From the NCBI RefSeq assembly GCF_001447785.1, contig NW_015169789.1:197858-261857 (forward strand): DNA of 64,000 bases, in the 5' to 3' direction. Below are positions 1 through 12,668 of the stretch, one piece after another. The notes under the pieces were generated by a model that was given only the letters and a program-made list of their open reading frames with translations, was not told the DNA's origin and ran no database searches. A program made the position numbers and the translations under genes. How positions within the stretch are numbered: position 1 is the first letter of the stretch; every line of letters begins with the position of its first letter. This stretch comes from Gekko japonicus. Lineage: Eukaryota.

Positions 1-2055
1 AAAAAGGAACAAGACAAGGTTGCCCTCTTTCACCTTTACTGTTTATCTGGGTGTTAGAAGTTTTACTACGGAAGATACAAGAAGACGAAGAGATCACAGG
101 TCTGAGATGCAAGGGGTATAAATTTAAATATAGAGCATTTGCAGACGACGTGATGTTTATAGTGGAANNNNNNNNNNNNNNNNNNNNNNNNNNNNNNNNN
201 NNNNNNNNNNNNNNNNNNNNNNNNNNNNNNNNNNNNNNNNNNNNNNNNNNNNNNNNNNNNNNNNNNNNNNNNNNNNNNNNNNNNNNNNNNNNNNNNNNNN
301 NNNNNNNNNNNNNNNNNNNNNNNNNNNNNNNNNNNNNNNNNNNNNNNNNNNNNNNNNNNNNNNTGAGGTGGTAAAAAAGACAACATATTTGGGAATTGAA
401 TTAACACCAAAAAACATGGACTTGTACAAAAACAATTATGAAAAACTTTGGAATAAGTTAACTCAGGACTTTAAGAATTGGGACAACATGAACCTATCCC
501 TACTTATGGGTAGGATATCAGTGATAAAAATGAATGTGTTACCGAGAGTGATGTTCTTATTCCAATCTATTCCAATACTGTACAAGACGGATATATTAAC
601 CAAATGGCAACAGGAAATCTCGAAATTTGTCTGGGCAGGCAAGAAGCCCAGAATTAAAATGAAAATTCTCTGTGACGCAAAAGAAAGAGGGGGGCTGCAG
701 CTACCAAACCTAAGACTATATTACGAAGCAGTTTGTTTAACTTGGATGGAACAATGGGTAAAATTGGACAATAAAAAACTGCTGGCACTAGAAGGTCATG
801 ATTGTAGGTTTGGTTGGCATGCATACCTATGGTATGAGAAGACAAAAATGGATAGTTTTTTCAGACATCATGTGGTGAGGCGTGCTTTATTTGCGACATG
901 GACAAGATACAGAAGATATTTTCGAGATGCAAGGCCATTATGGATTGTACCAACAGAAGTTTTGACACCATATTCAAGACAGCAAGGCAAGGAGTGGTTG
1001 CCTTATAGAGACTTAATTATGAAGCAAGGAACAGAATGGGTAATGAAAGGGCAGGATGAAATTCAATACAACTATGAATGGTTAAAATATATGCAGATTT
1101 ATGATGTTTTTAAAATGGACAAGAAAAACTATGGTTTTAGAGAAGATAGAAATGAAGTAGAAACTGTTTGGGAAAGTGGGGGGAGGAAAATGGTTTCTAA
1201 TATGTACAAAATACTGTTGAAATGGTTTACGGAGGATGAATCTGTAAAAGAGCAAATGATAAAATGGGCAGTTAATATGAATAAGGAGATAACTATAGAA
1301 ACATGGGAATATTTGTGGAAAAATTCAATGAAACTATCTGTATGTACTAACATAAAAGAAAACTGTTACAAAATGATGTATAGATGGTACATGACACCTA
1401 AGAAAATAGCAAATATGAACCAGAATATGTCTAGCAAATGTTGGAAATGTAAAAAACATGAGGGCTCATTTTATCACATGTGGTGGACATGTGATAAAGC
1501 TAGGGACTTTTGGACAAAAGTCCACAGTGAAATGCAAAAGATTCTAAAATGTTCTTTTAAGAAAACACCTGAAATTCTGCTCTTAGGTTTAAAAATGGAA
1601 GAACTAAATGTAACAAAAAAGACACTATTCTGGTATTTGATAACAACGGCAAGAATGATATATGCTCAATATTGGAAGCAAGAAAAAATACCAGATCTGG
1701 ATTGGAAGCAAGACAAAATACCAGATCTGGAAGAATGGATACAAAAAGTTCTGTTCATGGCTGAGATGGACAAAATAACCAAAAAGTTGAACAACAAAGA
1801 GGACCAAGAATTTTTCGAAGAATGGAAGGACTTTAAGATATATTTAGAAAAGAACTGGGACGTGAGACAAAATTTACTATGTTTAGAACAATATTAAGTA
1901 CTTGATGTTATCCTGAGTTTATCTATGTGGGACATGAGGGAAGTGCATTGCGGGAAGCCTTTCGGGAAAAGGGAATATTCAACCAATTGATAAAAAGATG
2001 TAAAATGTGATAAGAATGGAAAATAAAAAGTCTTTTGACCAAAAACAAAAACAAA
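1..2055 (+). mobile_element. L1/Tx1-clade LINE, 3' half of ORF2 plus 3'UTR and A-rich tail (continues off the left edge)
   Basis: GTRQGCPLSP at window start; YRAFADD RT core; 509-aa open frame 368-1897 with GGLQLPNL..YY and the CWKC..EGSFYHMWWTC zinc knuckle; AATAAA near 2021 followed by AAAAAC repeats. Confidence 0.93.
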
Positions 2056-2239
2056 TCTGAACCAGGACCATGGGGCACTTGGAAAACTAGTTTCCAGCAG
2101 CTGCCAGCTATCTCAGGAGAATGACAGTAGTTAAACTGTTAAACATGTAATGTCTGTATTGCCTCCCCAAAAGACTGATTCTTTGTACTTTAAAAAAATA
2201 ATGATGCTTTAAATGTGTAATATTATGATATTTCTTTGA

Positions 2240-2244
<5 letters not shown>

Positions 2245-2289
<45 letters not shown>
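2245..2289. repeat. (CA)n microsatellite
   Basis: about 22 CA units. Confidence 0.97.
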
Positions 2290-2290
<1 letters not shown>

Positions 2291-2339
2291 GGAATAAGGC
2301 CCATTATGGAAATAAATAGAAAGAAGCTCTTGGGCACTC

Positions 2340-3640
2340 AGCATCAATTTGCTGTGGTGACCTCAGCAGGGTATAATGACACAGACTCCGCCATTTTCTC
2401 CATAGGAACTGATCTGTGCTACCTGAAGAACAGTTGTAATTCTGAGTGATCTCCACCCCTCTCCTGGAGATTGGCAACAATGGTTCCCCAGGAGGAAATG
2501 GCTGGTTTGGAGGGGGGAGTATATGGTATTGTATTTGTCTGAGGTCCCACCCCTCCTCAAACCCCACCCTCTCCAGGCTCCACCCCTCAAATCTCCAGAA
2601 ATTTCCCAACCTGGAGTTGGCAACCACATCTCCTTCCCAGCCAACCATCAACTTACCTTATTTGCCCCTCTGACTTCAGTTTTCCATCTACCCCCCCCCC
2701 ACACACCTGCAGCCTCTCCCCTGCTCTGAAGCCCTGACTGCTACGTCACACTGGTTGACATGGGGGGCCATCTCAGCAGGGTATAATGACACAGAATCCA
2801 CCATTTTTTCCAGGGAAACTGATCTCTGCCATCTGAAGAGCAGTTGTAATTCTGACTGATCTCCAGTCCTCACCTGGAGATTGGCAACCATGGTTCCAGA
2901 GGAGGAAAAGTACACTCCTTCTTCACAGTGGGGACCAAAGTAGCTTACATCATTCTCCTCTCCCCCTTTTGACTTGCACAACAACCCTGTGAGGCAGGTT
3001 AGAATGAAAGTCTGTGACTGGTCTGAAATCACCCACTCAGCTTCCACAGCAAGAACCTGGGTCTGGCAGACCTTGCTCTGAAACACTAACTGCTACACCA
3101 CACTGGCTGTGGTATCGCCTGGTATCACAACTGAACTCCAGATGATCTCTCCCCCTGGAGAAAATAACTGCTTTGGAGGGTGGGCTTTATGACATTCTGT
3201 TCAGCTGAAGCTGCTCCCCTCCCTAAACTCTGGCTTTGGTAGATTCCACCATAAAATTTCCAGGAATTTCCCAACCTGGAGCTGGCAACCCTAGTCAGGA
3301 CTGGCCCCAATGAGTTTTCTCCCAAAGGCCCAAATAGGGGTGGAAAGGGCCCCCCCCCCCCCCGCTGCCTTTTACTGACAGAACCAAGCTTGGTTGCCTA
3401 GCAACAGGCACTGAGGGAAAAGAAGGGCTGCCAGCTCTGAGTAGGGAAATACCTGAAGATCTGGGGGGTGGATCCTGTGGAGGGCAGTGTTTGGGGAGGG
3501 GAAGGGCTCAGCAGGGTATAATGCCACAGGTTTTACCCTCCAAAGCAGCCATTTTCTCCAGGGGAACTGAATACTGTCATCTGGAGATCAATTGTAACAG
3601 GAGGAGATCTCCAGGTCCCACCTGGATATTGGCAACCCTA
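2340..3640. mobile_element. Cluster of about four copies or fragments of a hAT (Blackjack-like) MITE with AGGGTTGCCA...TGGCAACCCT ends, plus a CORE-type SINE fragment (about 2915-3108, minus)
   Basis: Recurring blocks ccattttctccaggggaactgatc, cagttgtaatt and ctggagttggcaaccct; same family as the TSD-flanked copy at 50018-50203. Confidence 0.75.
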
Positions 3641-3929
3641 GGGGAAAGTCAGCCACACAGCAGGAGGTTGAAGAGCAGGGTTTAATGGCCGCCCGCTGGC
3701 CCACCTCAGTAGCCAGTCAGCCGCAGGAGAAGTGTCTTTGTCAGGAGAGACAGCCGGTTTGGCAGTGTATTCTGAGGGAAGAGTGTCCAGGCTGGCGGTG
3801 GGCGGGGGAGAGGAGTGGACCCAGCACCCAGCCAATGACACGTGAGTACTCTTGAGTGGTGGTTGATGGGCCAATGGCTGATGGAGCACACAGCACAGCC
3901 AATGGGAGAGCTGGAAATGGCCAACACAC

Positions 3930-4145
3930 AGCTTCAAGAGGGAACTGGATAAACATATGGAACTCACAGGCTGGGGCAGGTGATGCACTGTATTCTTGCT
4001 GCTTGCGGGGGGGGGCAACAGTGGGAGGGCTTCTAGTGTCCTGGCCCCACTGATCGACCTCCTGATGGCACCTGGTATTTTTGGCCACTGTGTGACTAAA
4101 TGGGCCATTGGCCTGATCCAACATTGGCTTCTCTTGTGTTCTTAT
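3930..4145 (+). mobile_element. CR1 LINE 3' end (5'-truncated)
   Basis: Matches the reverse complement of 5054-5330 and the copy at 55220-55375; ends in ttctcttgtgttctta. Confidence 0.8.
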
Positions 4146-5053
4146 TAGGGGAATTATATATATAGGATTAATCAGTGTGACTAAACTGAATTACATCCAG
4201 GTACTTCAGTTTCAATGTACAGACACATTTTAAGGGCAGTCAAATAATTGTATATAACAAGGATCTAGACAAGCATAAGGGCATGGAAATAAACAGCTCA
4301 CTATAGAAACAAACGTAAACTCAAAACTGCTAATCTGCATTTCAGTGTGGTGAAGTTCCTAATTATAGAATATTACTCTGATATGAAAAGTGGCCAAACT
4401 GGATTAGATTTACTCTGCATTGAGATGAATTGATGCTACCCAGTCCTTTGCCAATATACCCCAATTATTTCAGCCACTTAAAATGCCCAGTGATTTAATG
4501 AAGAAATCTGTTTCATTTTTTGTTAAAGGAAAACAGCATTTGTATGTTGCTTACAAGATTATTGGCTACACAATGTGCAGCAAAGTCCCAAAGGCCACTG
4601 TGGACCCTGACCCCCACCCCATGCCAGAGCAGTCACACACTCCTTTGGACCACACAACAGCCCATTCTCCATGCAAGTGTGGCCAATGTGTGTAGTTAGT
4701 CTTCAAGGTGCTGCCTGCTCTTATGTCATGCAGTTGAACAAAACAGAAGCCCAGGGGTGCCAGAAACAACAACAGCAATCCCAACAGGAGCATCCCTGAG
4801 CCAGAGCCCCACCCCTTGGATTTGTGAAAGGGACCTCAAACCCAGGTAGCCCTGAGGGGACATAATAGATGGGAGGCTGAGGTGGGACAGGCAGGGATAT
4901 GGAGCAAGTTTCTTTGTGCTCAAAAACAAACAGGCTGGAACAGAGAGGTAGAACACCCCAAGCTGAGGTCTTACTAGAGTTGCCAACTCCCTCTGTCTGG
5001 AATAGCTTGGGTGTCTTTGCAAGTCACTCCCAGGGCCACAGGGAAACAGGCTG

Positions 5054-5763
5054 AACATAAGAGAAGCTGATGTTGGATCAGGCCAATGGCCCATCTAGTC
5101 TAACGCTCTGTCTCACAGTGGCCAAAAATACCAGGTGCCATCAGGAGGTCCATCAGTGGGGCCAGGACACTAGAAGCCCTCCCACTGTTGCCCCCCCCCC
5201 GCAAGCAGCAAGAATACAGTGCATCGCCTGCCCCAGCCTGAGAGTTCCTATCTATACCTTGTGGCTAATAGCCACTGATGGACCTCTGCTCCATATGTTT
5301 ATCCAGTTCCCTCTTGAAGCTGTCCATGCTTGTAGCCGACCCCACCTCCTGTGGCAGTGAATTCCATGTGTTAATCACTCTTTGGGTGAAAAAGTACTTC
5401 CTTTTATGTGTTCTAACCTGACCGCTCAGCAATTTCATGGAGTGCCCACGAGTTCTTGTATTGTGAGAAAGGTACTTCTTTCTTGACCTGCTCTATCCCA
5501 TGCATAATCTTATAAACCTCGATCATGTAACTCCTCACCCGTCATTTCTCCAAGCTAAAGAGCCCCAAGCGCTTAAACCTTTCTTCATAGGGAAAGTGTT
5601 CCAACCCTTTTATCATTCTAGTTGCCCTTTTCTGCACTTTTTCCAGTGCTATAATATCCTTTTTGAGGTGTGGTGACCAGAACTGTACACAGTACTCCAA
5701 ATGAGGACGTACCATCAATTTATACAGGGGCATTATGATATTGACTGATTTGTTTTCAATTCC
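5054..5763 (-). mobile_element. CR1 LINE 3' fragment
   Basis: [26 protein letters not shown]...[12 protein letters not shown] is the typical CR1 ORF2 C-terminus; 3'UTR and tail present. Confidence 0.92.
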
Positions 5764-6759
5764 CTGGGTAGGGAGAAAGAAGGGGGAAATCTGGTGGAGG
5801 GAGATGGGGGGAGTGGAGTCAGAGCAAGAGAGGGAAAAACCTTAGGCAAGGGGTGGAAAGGACTTCCCCACAAGTGTTTGCAGCTTCCTCTCTTGTATTA
5901 ACTAATACTAACAATTGTGGCTAGTTTTGTCACTCATTTTCATTATAGTAATGACAATAACAAACAGGGCATTTTTCATTAATCTTAAAACATATTTCTA
6001 ATAATAATTAGTGAACTAGCTTGTTTATGCATACAGGTCTATCAGTCAGTCAGTCTTTATTAATGCCTATGAGCCATACAGAATCAGAACAAATAATGTT
6101 AATTAATTAATTGTCTTAAGACCATATTTCTACATATATACAAGTTGCTTATGCTAAATTACAACTTTTCTTCACAAACTTCCGCCATAGTTTGTACAGT
6201 GGTTCACATCATCCAAAGCTTCAGAATTGCTCTAATCCTCATATTTGCTATATTGGAAAAAAATACCAATTGGCTGTCATCTCCCTTGTAAATAAAAGCC
6301 GAATGGTGGTGGCACTTCTCTAGAACATTCCACACGCTCCAAAATCAGTTCACTCTCTGATCTGTCATTCAGAGGGTCTCCCTATCCACTGGCTGCTTTG
6401 CCTGAGTCCTGCCTCCAACATTCTAAACATTTTGCTNNNNNNNNNNNNNNNNNNNNNNNNNNNNNNNNNNNNNNNNNNNNNNNNNNNNNNNNNNNNNNNN
6501 NNNNNNNNNNNNNNNNNNNNNNNNNNNNNNNNNNNNNNNNNNNNNNNNNNNNNNNNNNNNNNNNNNNNNNNNNNNNNNNNNNNNNNNNNNNNNNNNNNNN
6601 NNNNNNNNNNNNNNNNNNNNNNNNNNNNNNNNNNNNNNNNNNNNNNNNNNNNNNNNNNNNNNNNNNNNNNNNNNNNNNNNNNNNNNNNNNNNNNNNNNNN
6701 NNNNNNNNNNNNNNNNNNNNNNNNNNNNNNNNNNNNNNNNNNNNNNNNNNNNNNNNNNT

Positions 6760-7460
6760 ATCAAAAGCTTTCTGGAAGTCAAGGTAAACAACATCTATTG
6801 GGTCCCCCTTGTCCACATGTATGTTCACTCCCTCACAGAACACTAACAGGTTAGTGAGACAAGATCTTCCCTTACAGAACCCATGCTGAGTCTTCCTCAA
6901 TAGTTTTTGTTCATCTATGTGCCTATTAATTCTTTCCTTAATAATAGTTTCCACCAACTTACCCAGTATCGAAGTCAGACTGACTGTCCTGTAATTTCCC
7001 GGATCTCCTCTGGAATCCTTTTTAAAGATGGGAGTGACGTTAGCTACCTTCCAGTCCTCAGGAATGGAAGCAGATTTTAATGAAAGATTACATATTTTTG
7101 TAAGGAGATCCACAAGTTCACATCTGAGTTCTTTCAGAACTCTCGGTTGTATGCCATCCGGGCCTGGTGATTTATCAGTTTTTAAGTTGTCTATCAGACG
7201 TAGCACCTCCTCTCTCGTCACCTCAATCTGACTCAGGTCTCTCAACACTGCTCCCGAAATCAACAGTTCTGGAGTGGGCAAGCACCTCTCATCTTCCACA
7301 GTGAAGACAGAGGCAAAAAATGCATTCAGCTTCTCAGCCATTTCCCTATCATCCTTCAGTACTCCTTTTACCCCTTGGTCATCCAAGGGCCCCACTGCCT
7401 CCCTGGCTGGTTTCCTACTTCTACTGTATTTGAAGAAAGTTCTAATGTATTTGAAGAAAG
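6760..7460 (-). mobile_element. CR1 ORF2 RT N-terminal fragment (possibly the same element as 5054-5763)
   Basis: KSPGPDGIQPRVLKEL, DWKVANVTPIFKK, NYRTVSLTS, QHGFCKGRSCLTNL, VYLDFQKAFD. Confidence 0.93.
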
Positions 7461-9282
7461 ACATCTGAGCTGTCCCTAGCGCAGAATGCATGTGAATGGG
7501 GTGGACTCGCTGTGAGGAAGGCTGCCTGCAGGAGGATGCTCCAGGAGCCAGGCTGGAACTGATGACTGAGCAGAGTGGCAGGAATGATACCAGTCACAGT
7601 CCCAGGTCTCTTCCCTGCTGAATCACCTGCAGAGCTACCAAAAAGAAACATATGCAGTGATGGCAAACAGCACACACGCTGTGCCTACAAAAGCCATACC
7701 TGTGGGGCCCTGGCAGGGTCTACAGTTTTACCCCATGGGGGGGGGGGTGCTCTAGGTACTTCCTTCTGCAACTGCAACTGCTCCATCCACGGCTGCTACA
7801 CAGGGCTGCCTTCCTGCAGGGCAATGGATTCCATGGTTGCTTGGCAGCTGATCCACAGAGCACAGTGGGGCAGCTGCCAGGTAACCGAAACCACTTTTGT
7901 GCCATGTCCCTCCACCTGGGGGTGGGGCCATCATGGCCAGGGAGTGTGCTAACAGCCCAGCACAGAGCTGCCAGAATCCCTGCCTCCCATCTTAGGCAGC
8001 TTCCCTAGGTACACTTTGCTGGGAGTACGTCCTAGTGCATAACACGGGGCATGGTGCTGGGTGGGCCTCATTTGGCTTGGCCCCATATGCATGCTCCACT
8101 GGCTTCATTTGTGGGAGCCAACATTGTCAGATGGGCCCCTGGGTTCCTGTGGGGGCTGAGAGGGAGGCAGGTGTGGCTGGCACTACTGGATTCCCATCTC
8201 TGCTCACTTGTCAGTGCATGGTTGCCCCTTTGGGTTGGGCTACCTGCTAGGATTCTGAAATGAGACATGTTAGCCACACACTACTGACTTTGCTCTCCCT
8301 CTTGGGTGTTAGTGCTAAGTGCTGCTAAGAGCTCTCTCCCTACCTCCTCCCACCCCCCAAAATGCAACACTGTGCTCTAACTGTGCACATCAGAGAGCTC
8401 TGAGACAGGGTCTCATGCTGCATGCCCTACCTACTCAACTATGGAGCACCCTGGGTGGAGTTCATGTAGTGCCATGGGGGAGGGGCTGGGTGTGAGTGAG
8501 GGGGCTTAGCTGCCACGGGGAAGGCGGAGATTGTCTGCAGCTGTAGGTGGTACCCTGTGTTGCTCTGGGGCTTGAGGGCTGGGATGCGCCTGGGGGGAGG
8601 GTGTTTTGCCTTTTCCAATGTATGGCTCCCTATGGGCTATACCATCATTTTTTCTTGTGTAATTTTTCACTAGTTCTGGGGGGGCATTCCCAGGCTGGGG
8701 CTCTTTAGAGAGCAGACAAACTCCTGCCATGCCCCTGGGTCTTCCCTTTTCCTGGCATTGCTCTGCACTGCTGCCACGCCACCTGAGCACTCTGCTGGTG
8801 CCTCTTGGAGATACGCTGGCATATCTGTAAGATACGCTGGCATCGTGCCTCGTTGGCTCCTTGTATGCTTCCCCCCCCCCGAATGTGTTGCATAATAACA
8901 ACATTGTGAACTGTAATATATGCAGAGTTTCATTACAAAATAAAAGTAGGTCCCTGCTGTTAAAGAAGCAATGTAAATCTTAATATTGTTTTCTCTCAGA
9001 CCAGCCACTCATGACCAACCACCCCAGTTCTGCTTTGAATGGAGCAAATGTTTAAGTTAGACTCTGCGCTTTTGCTGTTGCTGTTGCTAAACCCAGATCT
9101 GAATTGTTTTCAGTGCATGTGGCGAGTTGTTTGCTGGCAGATTATTTCCATTTGAAAATTCTGTGTGTATTTTACATTTCTCTGTATTGTTTACTTTTTA
9201 TATATTGTGTTCTGTATATAATAATGCTTTTGCTTGCTTTTCGTTATGCTGCATCCAGAAGATGCAATCAAGTTCAACACAA

Positions 9283-10228
9283 TTGGGAATCAGGGCACCC
9301 ATCCTGGATGGTGCAGCACTTGTGCCAGCCCAGAAGGTGAGGAGCCTGGGGGTGGTCCTGGATGCCTCCCTTTCTATGGAGACCCAGGTTGCCACAGTCG
9401 CCAGGTCTGCTTTTTATCACTTCCAGCAGATTAGGCAACTGGCTCCCTACCTCTCCCCCCAGGATTTGGCTACAGGGACCCATGCAATGCTTACTTCCAG
9501 GCTTGATTACTGTAACTCGCTCTACGCGGGCTTTCCCTTGAGGCTGATCTGGACACTCCAGCTAGGGCCAAATGCAGCGGCATGCCTGCTGACTGTGTCG
9601 CCTGTGCGGGTGCACATTCGGCCAGCACTACGCCAATTGCACTGGTTACCAATTGAGTACCAGATCCATTTCAAGGTATTGGTGCTGACCTTTAAAGCCC
9701 TGCGTGGCCTGGGACCAACATACCCGAGGGACCGCCTCTCCCCATATGTGCCCTGGAGAGCCTTGCACTCTGCTGATCAAGACCTGCTGGTTGTCCCCGG
9801 AACCAAGGGACATCCGCTCAGCCTCGGCCAGGGCCTTTTCTGCTCTGGCCCTGGCTTGATGGAACATACTGCCACCTGAGATCAGGGCCCTGTGGAACTT
9901 ACTACCATTCTGCAGGGCCTGTAAAATTGAACTGTTCTGCTAGGCCTTTGGCTCAGGTGGTGGGTGTCCAATAAAATCTTGTCGTTCCCCCCCCGGCTGA
10001 AGTTTACCATCTTTATGTGGCCCAGATTAAGAAGAAGAAAATGGCACCAGCTTGAAATGTATGCATACAAACAGTGTAATATATGCTGTTGTATACTGTT
10101 ATAATTGTTTTTATATTTAATAATGAATTGTAATTTTATGATGTCTTGATTTGCTCTGTGATCCGCCCTGAGCCTGCTTGTGGGGAAAGCGGAATTTAAA
10201 TTGAAACAAACAAACAAATAAACAAACA
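9283..10228 (+). mobile_element. L2-clade LINE 3' fragment with (AAAC)n tail
   Basis: VRSLGVVLD, SRLDYCNSLYAG and LHWLPI..IHFK motifs; terminal ccgccctgagcct hairpin and microsatellite tail. Confidence 0.9.
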
Positions 10229-11923
10229 AGGTCAGTCTTGCTAAGCAGTTATATCCTTGACTTCAATGGATTTAGAAGGGTATAACTTTGCTTAGGAAGC
10301 CACTGCTGTCATAGCCAGTTTAAAAAGTTTCAGAATCAATCATTTGTGTATTTCCATTATTAACACAATTCTTCTATTCCTACTAAAAACAGAATTTGTT
10401 TCACAGGGATACTTCAAATATATGAAGATAGTTCCATTGACAGAATTTTTGGGGAGGGATTTCAAAATAGCCATTGTATTACTAGAATTCAGACACATTT
10501 TATTGTATGCTAGAATAAATAACAACAATGATAATACTTATCATGCATAATATTTTCAAGCATGCAAAGCACTCCACATTCGATTCAGCCTTTGGAACAG
10601 GTGGCCACCTACATAAGTCAAGTCCCTCTAGCACTGTTAGGTATCAAAGCACCCGTTAAGCATTCTCACGGGGATCAATATAGGAGAAATGTATAACTTC
10701 TATAAGCACTGGTGTCTGTGCTGCCCCCACAGGAATAATTTTGCTGCTCTCAGTTTCAGAAGATTGTATTCAAACAGAGCCTGCCTTAACAGAGCACTGT
10801 GCAGGGTGATATTGTCCCAATGACATTATTCTTTTCAGAAGGATAGATGTATTAGTCTGTTGCAACAAAAGAAAAGAAAAAACACACCCCACTTATACCT
10901 GGTAGACAATCTGTTAGTTTTCTAAGATGCTCCAAGACTCTTTGTGACTGCTGTGACTCTTTACAGTATTTTCAGCTTCCCACAAAATTTACAAACTGTG
11001 TCTTATTCACTCTCACTGAGGGCAGGAATTACCTACAAGAGGCAATACTGAGTGGGCTTTCTCAGAGCTACAAGGAGAATTGTTCAAGAAAACTGAGAAA
11101 ATGCATATTTGTTTTTGTGAGTTTTTGTGAAATCTTCCTCCAATTTTAATCCAGAAAAAAGAAAGAAAAGAAAAATAGTGCCCCAGGTATAAAGAGTTTT
11201 GGAAACACATCTCTATTACTTCATTATCCCATGTTATCTTAATTTAGTATCCTCCCCTAAGTGGTGTTTTTCAAGTTTCTGATCATTCAAATATACCTGA
11301 ATGTTCTCTGGTCTGTTTAGATAAATTAGTGTATTAGAGATCATAGGAGATTCTTCTACTACATTCATACATATTACCTTGTATTACCCTATCCTAGACC
11401 TGTACACAGAGAATCTGGTGCAGACTGCAAAAAGTGCTCGAAGTCTGCCAACTCAGCTTTGATTTCATTCACAGCCTCTGGGAAGTGTTGGGGGGGGGGG
11501 GGGGGGGCTTTTTGATGACCTCATGGATCTTGGTTGCTTTGGTTGGAAGGAAAGGTCTGGGCTCAGAAAGGAGTTTCACTAATGGAACAAGTGAGGAATT
11601 TGCAGCTGCTCGTCTCCTTTTACGAGTTTTACCATAGGCCTCGATGGAGACAGAGCCACAGCAAACGTGTTGCTATGGATATGTACACAGCAGTGCAAAG
11701 CAGCCAATTCAGCCTCCCAAAATACACACCCTCTTCCCCTCCCTACTCGTCTCATTTCATTAATATGTGCTCTATGACTAGCTTCCATTTCCCTGAAGAA
11801 ACTGGTAACATGACTCAAGAATCCTCAATATACATTTAAAATGCAGACCAGTTTCAGAACAGTGTCTTAATAGACATGGATATCCCCCCCCCCCGCAAAA
11901 AGAACACCCATCAGAAATGTGCA

Positions 11924-12115
11924 TAGGGTTGCCAGCTTCCAGGTGGGGCCTGGAGATCTCCCAGAATTATAACTGATTTCCAGACAACAAAGATCAGCCT
12001 CCCTGGAGAAAACAGCTGTTTTGGAAGATGGATTCTAATACCCTGCTGAGGTCTCTCTCCTCCCCAAACCCTCCCCTCCCCAGGCTCCACCCCCAAATCT
12101 CCAAGAATTTCTCAA
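11924..12115 (+). mobile_element. Blackjack-like hAT MITE
   Basis: Starts TAGGGTTGCCA; internal sequence shared with other copies. Confidence 0.7.
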
Positions 12116-12273
12116 ACTACACACACACATTTGTATAACAATAATTTTTGTATAATTGTGTTTACCCAATTATACACAAATTATGAGTGCCAACAATATT
12201 ATTATTAATTACTTTATTAAAACACTATATCTTGCTCTCCCCCCATAAAGGGGGCACTAGAGTAGAGTGGTAT

Positions 12274-12668
12274 CAGAGCTCTTTTTGTAGAAAAAGCCCA
12301 GCAGGAACTCATTAGCATAATAGGCCACACCCGATAGCAAAACTCATTAGCATATTAGGCCACACCCTGACAGCACCGCTCATTAGCACATTAGGCTGCA
12401 CCCCCATGTTACCAGAAGTGTGGTCATCCAGCCACACCCACCTTTCCCTTCTTATTCTGTTTACCTTGTTTGTGGTCAAAACCCAGGGCTTTTTTTTGTA
12501 GTAGGAACTCCTTTGCATGTTAGGCCACACACCCCTAATGTAGCCAATCCTAATGAGTTCCTGCTGTTGGGTGTGGCCTATTATGCTAATGAGTTCCTGC
12601 TGGGCGTGGCCAACTCAGGAGCCAGCCGGAACTCCGTTCCTGTGCGTTCCTGCCCAAAAATAGCCCTG
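12274..12668 (+). mobile_element. Non-autonomous hAT MITE (CAGGGCT-type), copy 1
   Basis: 8-bp TSD AGTGGTAT/GGTGGTAT (12266-12273, 12669-12676); near-identical to 50976-51374. Confidence 0.9.

Noticed and set aside
6040-6436. Possible RTE-X/Rex-type LINE 3' end (minus; AATAAA plus GACT repeats)
   Set aside because: Too decayed and cut by a gap to classify.
12300-12400. CRISPR-like spaced repeats
   Set aside because: Vertebrate DNA; the repeats are subterminal motifs within a TSD-flanked MITE, and no cas genes are present.
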